64,000 nucleotides of DNA from Pelomyxa schiedti (taxonomy: Eukaryota; Protista; Evosea), in contig JAHLWZ010000530.1 in NCBI GenBank assembly GCA_020536535.1, forward strand, positions 158,384-222,383, written 5' to 3'. The position numbers and the translations under genes were made by a program. The notes beneath the pieces were generated by a model. That model searched no databases. It saw only the letters and a program-made list of their open reading frames with translations, and was not told where the DNA came from. Below are positions 38,382 to 49,234 of this stretch, piece after piece (position 1 is the first letter of the stretch; each line of letters begins with the position of its first letter).

Positions 38382-41300
38382 ATGGCAGCAGCAACAACAG
38401 CATCCACATCGTGCGAGCAGCCGCCCGCCGTCGCAGGGTCGCGCAAGTGGTTCAGTGCCGCGTATCGTGGCGAAATCGAGGCACTGCGCGCAATGTTGGC
38501 CCGCGACCCCGGCCTCCTGAACTCCGTGAACGACCAACAACAAAGAGTGGTGCGTGTGTGTGTGCGCGCGCGCGAAAACAAAATAATAATTATTAAAAAA
38601 AGAAACAGCAGGAGTAGGCAACCATACTTCTGTTCTTTTTCAGGCACTACGACACTAACAGTTCGGTTTTTGTCCACACACACAGACGGCGTTGCATGCA
38701 GCAGCGTGGGGAGGGAACCCACAGTGCGTTGAATTCCTGTTATCGGTGAATGTCAATGTCAGCTCCCAGGTTTCTTTTTATTTTTGATGTACAGCCCACA
38801 CTCACAAGCTTGTACCTCTCACTTTACAGATTGTGTGTGATATCCCTTCTTGATTTCATGTTTACATTTCCCATTCCTCTAAAAACCGTAAAACCATAAA
38901 TCCTCTCCTCCGCCAGGGTGCACCTGTATGTACAGCCACTGCTCTCAATCCTTTTTGAATTATTCATCAATTCCTCTGACTTGGTTCAATATTCATCCTT
39001 GCTTTGCTCTGTGTGGCGTGTTTAGGATGTGTGTAACTGCTCCCCCCAACCCTTTTTATGCTGTTCATCAATATCTCTGACTTGCTCAATTTCCTTCCTT
39101 TCTACACTCTGTCCGGGTGTTTAGGATGTGTGTAACTGCTCCTCCCAGCCTTTTTATTGCGTTATTCACAAATTTCTTACTTGCTTCAATTTATCCCCTC
39201 CTTGCTTCACTCTGGAAAACTCAGGGAGTGTGTAACAGCCCCCTCCCCCATTATTCATCAATTTCACTGACTTACTTCGATATTCACTCCTTGATTTGTT
39301 CTGTCTGGCGTGTTTTAGCATGTGTGTAACCGCACCCTTTGAAATTGTATTGCTCACCAATTTCTCTTACTTGTTTCAATATTCACATCTTGCTTCCCTC
39401 TGTCTGGCGTGTTTAGTATGTGTGTACCTTTTCCCACAATCCTTTTATGTTGAATTACTCACCGATTTCTCTCACTTGCTTCAATTTCACTCCTTGCTTT
39501 GCTTAGTCTGTGTGTAACTTTCCCCCCAACCCCTTTTATTTGCATTACTGGTCAGTTTCTTACTTGTTTCAATTTCTCTCCTTCTTCACCCTTTGGCGTG
39601 TTTAGTATGTGTGTACCTGCCTCCACCCAACCCCTTTTACGGCATTAACGAATTTTCTTACCTGCTTCAATATTCGCTCCTTTCTTGGCTCTGTTGTAAA
39701 CTCAGGGAGTGTGTCACCCTTTTTGCATTATTCATCAGTTTCTTACTTGCTTCAATTTCTCTTTTTGCTTTTCTCTGTCTGACATGTTTAGATTGTGTGT
39801 AACTGCCCACCCCCAAATCCTATGAATTAATTAAGTTGCGTTATTCACCCTATTAATTAAATTGATTAAATTCCGTCATTCACCAATTTCTTATTTCTTA
39901 TTTGCTTCTATCTTTCTCCTTACTTCACTCTATATGGCGTGTTTACATAGTATGTGTGTAACTGCCCCCTCCCAGCCCATTTTTATTGCGTCATTCACTG
40001 ACTTTCTTCAATTTCACACCCTCCTTGCTTTGCTCTCTGTCTGCTGTATTTAGATCGTGTGTTAATGCCTTTTATTTATCAATTTCTCTGACTTTCTTCA
40101 AACTCAGGGAGTGTGTTTCTTCCCCCCAAACCCCTTTTTGCATTATTTACCAATTGCTTCACTTTCACTCCGTGTGTTCCTCTGTGTTTAGATTGTGCGC
40201 AACTGATTCCCCCCATCCCTTTTATGAATTCCATCCATTTCATTTCTTTGCATCATGACACTTTATCTCATTTTTCTCACATATATCGTGTACCACCACA
40301 ATTGTGGGGTTTTTTTTGTTGCTTGCCTGACATCAGGGAGTATGCAATTCTCCCCCTTTGCTTTTTTTTTAGTTCTCACTTCTTTGGAATTTTCTTTTGC
40401 CTGGACTTTAGACTGTATGTCAGACTCCCTTGAACTCTTTCTTTGTCACTCATTGCCTTTTTTTTTTCCCCAGGAAGTATGACCTTTTTTGTCTTGTTGT
40501 ATTCTGAACTTATATATCTTATCTTTTCTTGGGGCTCTCTTTTGAATGAAAGGGTGATGTGCGTGTCTCCTTTCCTTTCTCCGTTGTTTGACACAAATTC
40601 AATTAGACTGCGCTTCACCTTGCCGCCAAAAACGGAAATGTTGCAGTTGGGAAAAAACTTCTGTCTTGTGTGGGTATTGACACTCGCATCAAGGTTTGTT
40701 TTCCCTGAGTTGATTGATATGCTTGTAATGTTCCTGTTGGGCACAGAACAAGGAGGGAAAAACACCTTTCAAGTGCTCCAAAAATGAGTTAGTCCGGCAA
40801 CTGTTAAAATCTGTGCCTCACCCAGTCACCACTCCCAAAACAGCACAACAACCTCCACCCCCTGCAACAACTCCCACAGATCAACAACCCATCGTCATCA
40901 CCACCCTTTATCAACTCCACAATCTCGTCGCGCATGATTTGTTGTCTTCATTCTCATTGCCTCAAAACTACAAACCATCATCCAGACCAACGCCATCAAA
41001 GACACCTTCCACCACGGTTCTGTCCAAAGCCACTGAAGATGGCATCAGCAACCTGGGGAAGCAAAGCACCATTATGGAGGCATCGGTTCTGATGCTGGTC
41101 AGTGACCAGTTGTCACAAACCCTGTCAGCTCTCCTTGACCAGCAGAAAGTGCACCAAGCCAATGCCGAAAAGGTTGCCGTGCAAGTTGAAGCCACAGAGA
41201 AGCAAATGGCACCGGCACAGGAACTGGTTCAAGAACTGGAGTGCAAGCTCGTGCAAGCAAGGCAACTTCTTGGCGAAATAACGCAGGCCAACACGCTGGC

Positions 41301-42384
41301 AAAGCAGCAACTTGATGACTCCAGAAAGCTCACTTCCACCATCAGCCGGAACATCTCCATGGTGCAGGAAAAGCAACAGGCACTCGAGTGCAAATTGAAT
41401 TCTGCGCGAAAGGTGCTGACCTCTCTGAGCCAGAAAGCAAGCACGCGAAACTTGTTGCAGTTTAACGTTGAGGATATCGGATGCTTGCTCCGTTACTTGG
41501 GCCTTCAGAATCATGCTGAAAAGTTCTGCTTGAATCAAGTTGATGGCGAAGTATTTCTGGAACTGAACAAGGCGGGACTTGAGGAACTTGGGGTGACTGA
41601 GAGAGCGGAGCAGGACCTTCTTTTCCACACAAGGGCAATGATAAAGAACTGCGGTGCAATTCGCACACCATCAATTGCCTCTGACGTTGGCACCAAGGCT
41701 GCTGCTGCGTCATGGGATGTGAACGGAGTTGCAAGCTGGTTGGAATCACAAGGAATACCTCCCGAAGCCGTCACGTGGTTCCGCGAGAAGGGAATAACAG
41801 GAATCTCGTTGCTTTACATGGAAGCCCAAGAAGTAAGCAGTGTTCCGGGTCTCCCATTTGGACTCCGGCACAAGCTCCTCAAGCGAATTGAAGAGCTCAA
41901 ATCCGAGGTCTATACTCCAAGGAATCTCCATGTGCCTTCATCCTCCGGTTTGTGTTTCACCCCTTACTTACACACAAACAACAACAAAAAACCTTACACC
42001 TTATCACTGATCAAACAATCAAGGACCTGGTAAAACAGCAGCGGACCCAGCACAATCGAGCATTCCTTTTGCGGAAGCTACCGGAGGGCATCGTTCTTCT
42101 GTTCCGGCACCGCTTGAATACCTTTGCTCAATCACCGGTGACTTGATGGACACTCCCGTTGTTGCTGCCGACGGGTGTGTGCTCTGCCAACCGTTCACAA
42201 GTTCCTGTGTTGCTAACAGACGATCCAAAGATACTGTTATGAGAAGAGCGCGATTGAGGAGTGGCTGAGCAAGCACAACACATCGCCGATGACCAACAGT
42301 GTTCTTCCCAACGAAGCGTTGGTGGTGTGTCACACCCTCCGCACTTCAATTCTCGACTGGAAGAATGCCAACAACATTCCATAA
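38382..42384 (+). CDS. U1: ankyrin (with micro-exon array)-coiled coil-SAM-SAM-U-box protein (putative E3 ligase)
   Basis: Ankyrin exons TALHAAAWGGNPQCVEFLL and TALHLAAKNGN. SAM domains FNVEDIGCLLRYLGL...VDGEVFLEL and WDVNGVASWLES...GITGISLL...GLRHKLL. U-box PLEYLCSITGDLMDTPVVAADGYCYEKSAIEEWLSKHNTSPMTN. Confidence 0.88.
38770..40606 (+). other. Micro-exon array B (19 candidates, 17 single-codon)
   Basis: 38830 ATT, 38917 GGTGCACCT, 39026 GAT, 39125 GAT, 39225 GGA, 39319 CAT, 39417 TAT, 39507 TCT, 39606 TAT, 39706 GGA, 39792 ATT, 39951 TAT, 40054 ATC, 40108 GGA, 40192 ATT, 40337 GGA, 40412 ACT, 40474 GAA and 40553 GGTGAT. Each is flanked by ag and gt(g/a)(t/c)g. Confidence 0.85.
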
Positions 42385-42438
42385 ACCCCAACACATCGCA
42401 CGTTCCATAAACCCCCACCAACATCTTCATCTTCATCT

Positions 42439-43945
42439 ACACCGGGGCCGAATCAAATGAGAAAAACAGAATTTTTTAGTAAGCAAGCAGGGTGAATCGA
42501 TTTTGCCGGGATTTGTTGATGTTTTGTGCCGCGGGGCGGTTGGCGCGGCGCCGCGGCAGGGCAGCGCGGCGTGTGTGTTCGTTGAATCGGGTCTTGTGTT
42601 GTCTATTCCATCACGTCGTTCCATCTAATATCTAATTGTTTTATTTCTGGACGTGTTTGTTTCAATTAAAGTAAATTAAATTAATGTCATTTAATTTAAT
42701 TTTTAATTGTTTATTATTAATTTAATTAAAATTAATTTTTTACACCTTTACGACTTGTATTAGGCCTACAGCATTGCCTCACCCCTTGTATGTATTTCCG
42801 TGCCTTTTTCCACTGGTATGTGGCTTCTTGTTTCTTTGTTTTCTTTTTCCCAGTAGATAACTATCATTCCAGCGGGCAAGGTAAATTCCATCTGTTCTTT
42901 CAGCACTGGGACACTGGAATGCTTTTTTTTTTTTTTTTTACACTTAGGTGGTCAACTTTCCTGCCACTGCTGACATGACAACCACTGACATCCTTCTACT
43001 TTTTTGTCATTGCTAAACAGTTGTAGGTACCGGACCAACCCCAACTTCCCTTACCCACTCTCCCCCGCTTTTCCGCTTTCCAACTACCACACTTTACTGT
43101 GACGGGTGCACAACCAGGCCCAAATTTCCCTTCTTACTCTTTCACTCTCATGTGTACCCACAACGCCCACTTCTCTCCAAAATGTGGATTTAAAAAAAGG
43201 TGGCACGATTTTTTATCCAAGGACTTAAGGGGGGAGGGATGTACGTTGGCGGTTGCCATCTGGGCAGCTGGCGCAGCTGTAAAAAAAAACCTACATACCA
43301 CCGTGCCAGTACGGGATTATAGACACCACGTCCGGCACCTAAATTATCCTACGTGAGAAAACGAAGAAAGAAGAAGCCACATACTGGCGGAAAGCGGAGA
43401 CTTCTAATACAGGTTGAAAGCGGCGTAAAAACTGGTGTAATGCGGAGACTTCTAATACAGGTCGAATGGAAAAAAGAACTGGAGGCGTAATTAATAATAT
43501 ATAATATATTATTAATTAATACGCATATATAACCATTAAATTTAATTTATTATTATATAATAAATTAAATTTTTAATAATAATGGTTAATACATTTAAAA
43601 TTTGTACATTCAAAATTTAATTTGTATTTAAATAATTAAATAAATAAAATCAAAAACACCACTCCGATAAATAAAATAATAAACAAGCAAACAGAACAGT
43701 TGTGGCTAAGAAGACAACAAAAAGCAAATGGGAGAGTACCGCTTGCTCCTCTTCACCCCAGGGCGGCATGGCCTCCCCTCGTCGATTTCTTTTGTGATAA
43801 TGAAAAGACACAAGCCACTGCACAATCACCAAAACCCATTTATGTCAAGGCCGCGCAGCCGCGGCGAGACCCGAGCTACCGGCCAAGCTAACATAAGTCT
43901 ACACCCTTTTCTAAAGGTCACCTCCATCCAAGCGCGTTTTCCACA
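42439..43945. mobile_element. Putative 1.5-kb non-coding insertion flanked by the 8-bp direct repeat CTTCATCT
   Basis: Absent from the homologous K3-K4 spacer. CTTCATCT lies at 42431-42438 and 43946-43953. Composition is mirror-like (GC, AT, core, AT, GC) but there is no clear TIR. Confidence 0.4.
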
Positions 43946-43978
43946 CTTCATCTTTAGATCTACCCAACCTGCCAAGAG

Positions 43979-46769
43979 ATGGGCAACAACCCCAGCAACT
44001 TGCAATTGGGTCAGCAGCAGTACCAGGCCATGCTTGATGCGTGCCGGCGCGGTGACATGCCCGAGTTGCCGCCGTCACCCACGTGGGACATCAACACCCC
44101 CATCGATGGTACTTGGACCATGCTCCACATCGCGTGCTGGCAGGGGCACGAGTCGCTTGTCGGGCAGCTCCTTGGTGTGGGTGCGTCGCGCAACCCCCCA
44201 ATCGACCCAAACAAAACAAACAGACATGGTAGAACGCCACTGTGTTACGCTGCTCGTTGGGGCAAGGAGGCAGTGGTGAGGATGCTGGTGGCAAGATCCG
44301 ATGTGGATGTGAACAAGGCGGGCCCACTGGCCGAGGCATGTTTGTGGCAACGCATGGGTGTGGTGGTGGCGTTGCTTGAGTGCCCACGTGTGGACGTAAA
44401 CTTGATGGATAGTGGTCAAACAGCACTGCACGTGGCTTGTGAAAGGGGATTCGTGGAAGGGGTGAAGGTTCTTCTCCAGGTCAATGGAATTGACACAAAC
44501 TGCAAAAACAGCAAAGGTGAAACACCACTTGATGTGGCAAAAAGATGCAAATTCACTGATATATGCAACCTCTTGAAGGATCACGACTTGAGGTTTGCAC
44601 AATCTTCACAACTACAAGCACCACCCACATCAACAACAATGACAGAAACGGCCCCAACCACCAGAAAAACCACCAGTAATGTGATCACAGAGGTCATGCC
44701 AGATACCACTCATGTTATGTCACATGTTGAACAAGGAGAAGGCACGTGGCGCAACATTCTCCCTGAAAACAGCAACAACAACAACAACAACAACTGCAAG
44801 CGATCACAAGTCAGGATTTATTTTGAGGATCTCCCCTCATTTGATGAAATTGTGTGTGGCCTCTGTCCTCTTCAAATGGTACGACGTTCCTCCCCCTTTG
44901 AATTGAAACTCTCCTCTCTTTCTCCTGGAAACAAATTCAACGAACACAGGTTGTGAAGCTTATCATCTCAAGGAAGTTTGGAGTCGAACCAACTCAACAG
45001 CTCATTTTCACTGTTGGAGCAGAACATAACTCGGAGGAACTGTTGACAGATTCATCCATAACCTTGGATGACATTCAACAACAGCACAAAGGCAGCGGAG
45101 TTGTTGTGTCACTCAAGGTGCGAATCAAATCAACCACCACAATAGAAGAGAAAGACCTGAAAGTTGTTTCCCAACTCGGAGTTGGCTCTTATGGAACTGT
45201 TTTCAAGTGCTCCTTGCTACACAACACTTCCCCCTCCTCATCATCAGAACCAACAACAACCACAACATTCGTTGCCGTGAAGGCACTTCATGAACTCATT
45301 CGGAGTGATTTCAACGTCACCCAATTTCAGCAGGAAGCTGTGGTGAGTGAGTGAGAGAGAAAGCTTAAACAACCACTCAAAACCAAAAAATAGTCATTGA
45401 CTCACCAACACACAAACATCCCATCCAGATTTCATCAAGTTTGAGGCACCCCAACATCGTGAGATGCCTTGGAACGTGCACAACAAGCACAGGGTCACTC
45501 TTGATTGTCTATGAGCTCATGGAAATGAGCCTGACGCAGCTCCTCCATCATGTTTTTTTGTTCCTTCTTTCGTAATCTTGTGGAATTAATTGTTGGTGCC
45601 TTTGCAGAAAAGTTTGATGTTCACAGAAATTGTTGCAATCTCTTTAGGAATTTCCAAAGGAATGGCTGCACTTCACTTGTTTGTTTCCTTTCCCCCAATT
45701 TGGGTTTTTTTCGAGTTTCACAAATGCATGAATTCATTGGGGACACAGGAGGAATTACATGCACCGGGACCTGACATGCAACAACGTTCTCATTGATTCT
45801 CATGGAACTCCAAAGCTTGCTGATTTTGGTTCCTCCTCCCTCGTCAATAAGCAGGATGGTCAATCTTTTTTTTTTTTTGCAGGAGTGTCGAGAGCTCTCA
45901 GGAGTTCTTCTGGTGACCACCGCATCACAGTACCTCCTGTTAGTTTCACAGACAACGCTGGCACAATGATTTACCTGCCACCACAGATGCACACTCGTCA
46001 CTACGGACTTAAAGGTGCGTATGTATGTTTTCTCTCTGGTCGTGATGTTGCCACACGATGGATTCTGACAAACAACACAATGCTCTGCCACAGGTGACAT
46101 GTGGGAGTTCGCGGTCTTGTTGAGTGTACTTCTCAATGGAACAAAACCAGAAGTGAGTCCACTGAAGTCTGCGAGTGCAGTAACCCAGTTTCTGGAGGTT
46201 CAACGGACTTCACTCTCCTCATCTGAAGTTGCCGGTTCGTTTGTTCACTCGAATCATATTGCCGACAACTTACACCTGCACACACAGAATTGAACCGGCT
46301 TTGCCAAAGTGATCCTGGAGAACTTGTTGTTGTGGAGTGCCTCAGCCGGAGGAATGCAATCATTTCTTCCTTGCGTTCTGATCCAAAGTTGAACATCATT
46401 CACCCTGCGTGCGTTGCTCAGTTCTCACTCGTTGTCGAGTCGTGCCTCTCGATCCTCGGTTCGTTCCTTCCCCCACCCACACTCTTTCGCAATCTCCAAC
46501 TCAACAAACACACAGAGAGCAACCGGCCGTCATTCCCGGCAATCGAGAGAATGCTGATGACATGTGCCGGTATCCTCTTTGAAGGGTCCACCACAACCAC
46601 GCAATCGGCATCCACCGCTGCCACGGCACCCTCAGCAACAACGATAAGTGACAACCGGGACTTGGCCGCACGCATCGCGGGGTGCCTCGAAGAGATGGCG
46701 GCGAGCTTCCCTTGCCATCTCAATCCATCATCAACCACAACTGCTGCGTCATCTTTCTTATCGTCATAA
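43979..46769 (+). CDS. K5: ankyrin-ubiquitin-like-TKL kinase lacking the coiled-coil exons
   Basis: Close paralog of K4. The ankyrin region runs in frame straight into the UBL-like segment, the N-terminus is MGNNPS, and kinase motifs are intact. Confidence 0.85.
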
Positions 46770-46975
46770 TCCCCCCACCAACCCAACACCGTAACGCATT
46801 ATCATCATCAACGAAGGCACAACCACTATCTCTTCGCCTTATTGAGAGTCTCTCACACAAACGAGGAACTCACGCACCTCTTTTAACCTGACTTTTACCA
46901 TTCTCAGAAAAAAGGGCGGAATCATTCTGTGTCCATCACAACGTGATGGGTTACCCCTTCCAAGTGATCAACAAC

Positions 46976-49065
46976 ATGGCAGCAACAACAGCATCTACAT
47001 CGTTCAACCAGGCGGCCGTTGCGCAAGTGGTTCAGTGCCGCGTATCGATTTCCGAAATATATGGCGAAATCGAGGCACTGCGTGCAATGTTGGCCCGCGA
47101 CCCCGGCCTCCTGAACTCCATGAACGACCAACAACAACGAGCGGTGTGCAAAAACAAAATAATAAACCTAACACAGTGCGTTGAATTCCTATTATCGGTG
47201 GATGTCAATGTCAGCTCCCAGGTTTCTTTTTGTCTTTGATGTACAGCCCACACTCACAAGCTTGTACCTCTCACTTTACAGATTGTGTGTGATATCCCTT
47301 CCTGATTTTATGTTTACATTTCCCATTCCTCTAAAAACCGTAAATCCTATATGTACAGCCACTCTCTCAATCCTTTTTGAATTATTCATCAATTCCTCTG
47401 ACTTGCTTCAATTCACTCCTTGCTTTGCTCTGTGTGGCGTGTTTAGGATGTAACTGCTCCCCCCAACCCTTTTTATGCTGTTCATCGATATCTCTGACTT
47501 GCTTCTATTTCCTTCCTTTCTGCACTCCCATCAATTGATGCATCAATTTCACTGACTTACTTCGATGTTCACTCCTTGCTTTGTTCTGTCTGGCGTGTTT
47601 TGGCATGTGTGTAACCGCACCCTTTGAAATTGCATTGTTCACCAATTTCTCTTGTTTCAATATTCACTTCTTGCTTCCCTCGATCTGGCGTGTTTAGTAT
47701 GTGTGTAACTTTTCCTACAACCCTTTCATGTTGCATTACTCACCGATTTCTCTTTTTGCTTTTCTCTGTCTGACATGTTTAGATTGTGTGTAACTGCCCA
47801 CCCCAAAACCCTATGAATTAATTAAGTTGCGTTATTCACCCTATTAATTAAATTGATTAAATTGACGCAATTCACCAATTTCTTATTTGCTTCTATCTTT
47901 CTCTCTTGTTTCACTCTATATGGCGTGTTTAGTATGTGTGTAACTGCCCCCTCCCAACCCATTTTTATTGCGTCATTCACTGACTTTCTTCAATTTCACA
48001 CCCTCCTTGCTTTGCTCTCTGTCTGCTGTATTTAGATCGTGTGTGACTGTGTTTCTTCCCCCCAAACCCCTTTTTACATTATTCACCAATTCCTTCACTT
48101 TCACTCTGTGTGTCCCTCCGTGACGTGTTTAGATTGTGCGTAACTGATTCCCCCCATCCCTTTTATGAATTTCATCCATTTCCTTTCTTTGCATCATGAC
48201 ACTTTATCTCATATATCGTATTGTGGGGGTTCCTTTCAGAAAGTATTACCTTTTTTTCTTGTTGTATTCTGAACTTATATATTCATCTTATATTTTCTTG
48301 GGGCTCTCTTTTGAATGAAAGGGAGATGTGTGTGTCTTTCCTTTCTCCGTTGTTTGACACAAATTCAATTAGACTGCGCTTCACCTTGCCGCCAAAAACG
48401 GAAATGTTGCAGTTGGAAAAAACTTCTATCTTGTGTGGGTATTGACACTCGCATCAAGGTTGTTTTCCCCTGCTGTTTGATTGATATGTGTTGTAATTTT
48501 CCTGTTGGGCACAGAACAAGGAGGAAAAACACCTTTCAAGTGCTCCATGAGTTAGTCCGGCAACTGTTAAAATCTGTGCGTCACACAGTCACCACTCCAA
48601 GGAATCTCCATGTGCCTTCATCCTCCAGTTTGTGTTTCACCCCTTACTTACACACAAACAACAACAAAAAAACCTTACACCTTATCACTGATAAAACAAT
48701 CAAGGACCTGTTAAAACAGCAGCGGACCCAGCACAATCGAGCATTCCTTTTGCGGAAGCTACCGGAGGGCATCGTTCTTCTGTTCCGGCACCGCTTGAAT
48801 ACCTTTGCTCAATCACCGGTGACTTGATGGACACTCCCGTTGTTGCTGCCGACGGGTGTGTGCTCTGCCAACCGTTCACAAGTTCCTGTGTTGCTAACAG
48901 ACGATCCAAAGATACTGTTATGAGAAGAGCGCGATTGAGGAGTGGCTGAGCAAGCACAACACATCGCCGATGACCAACAGTGTTCTTCCCAACGAAGCGT
49001 TGGTGGTGTGTCACACCCTCCGCACTGCCATTCTCGACTGGAAGCAAGCCAACAACGTTCCATAA
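46976..49065 (+). pseudogene. U2: degenerate copy of U1
   Basis: A 14-nt insertion near 47048, loss of the TALHAAAWGG segment, and deletion of the whole coiled-coil/SAM region at about 48597. The U-box exons are nearly identical to U1. Confidence 0.8.
47222..48372 (+). other. Micro-exon array C (eroded copy of B; 9 intact candidates plus 1 with a dead acceptor)
   Basis: 47282 ATT, 47447 GAT, (47604 CAT with a gg acceptor), 47698 TAT, 47783 ATT, 47933 TAT, 48036 ATC, 48133 ATT, 48240 AAA and 48322 GGAGAT. Confidence 0.75.
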
Positions 49066-49234
49066 ACCCCCCCACTCCCACCAACACATCACACAAAGAC
49101 CCATCCACACCTTCCTCAAAGAGCGGCACAGAGAACGAAAGCGAAAGAGAGGGTTCCGGTAATTTTCTCCGCCAATCATTGTCCCACAACAGGCAAACAG
49201 CCAACAAACAAAAAAAAAAATAGAAACACCCCCC

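Noticed and set aside
38770-40606. CRISPR array or plain minisatellite reading of the ~100-bp repeats
   Set aside because: The context is eukaryotic, there are no cas genes and no unique spacers. The invariant parts are splice signals around 3n-length exons inside a gene.
39117-40787. Hydrophobic ORFs in the ORF track over the arrays (also 23304-23486, 47853-48445, 49842-50360)
   Set aside because: These are translations of polypyrimidine intron sequence that cross splice sites, not membrane proteins.
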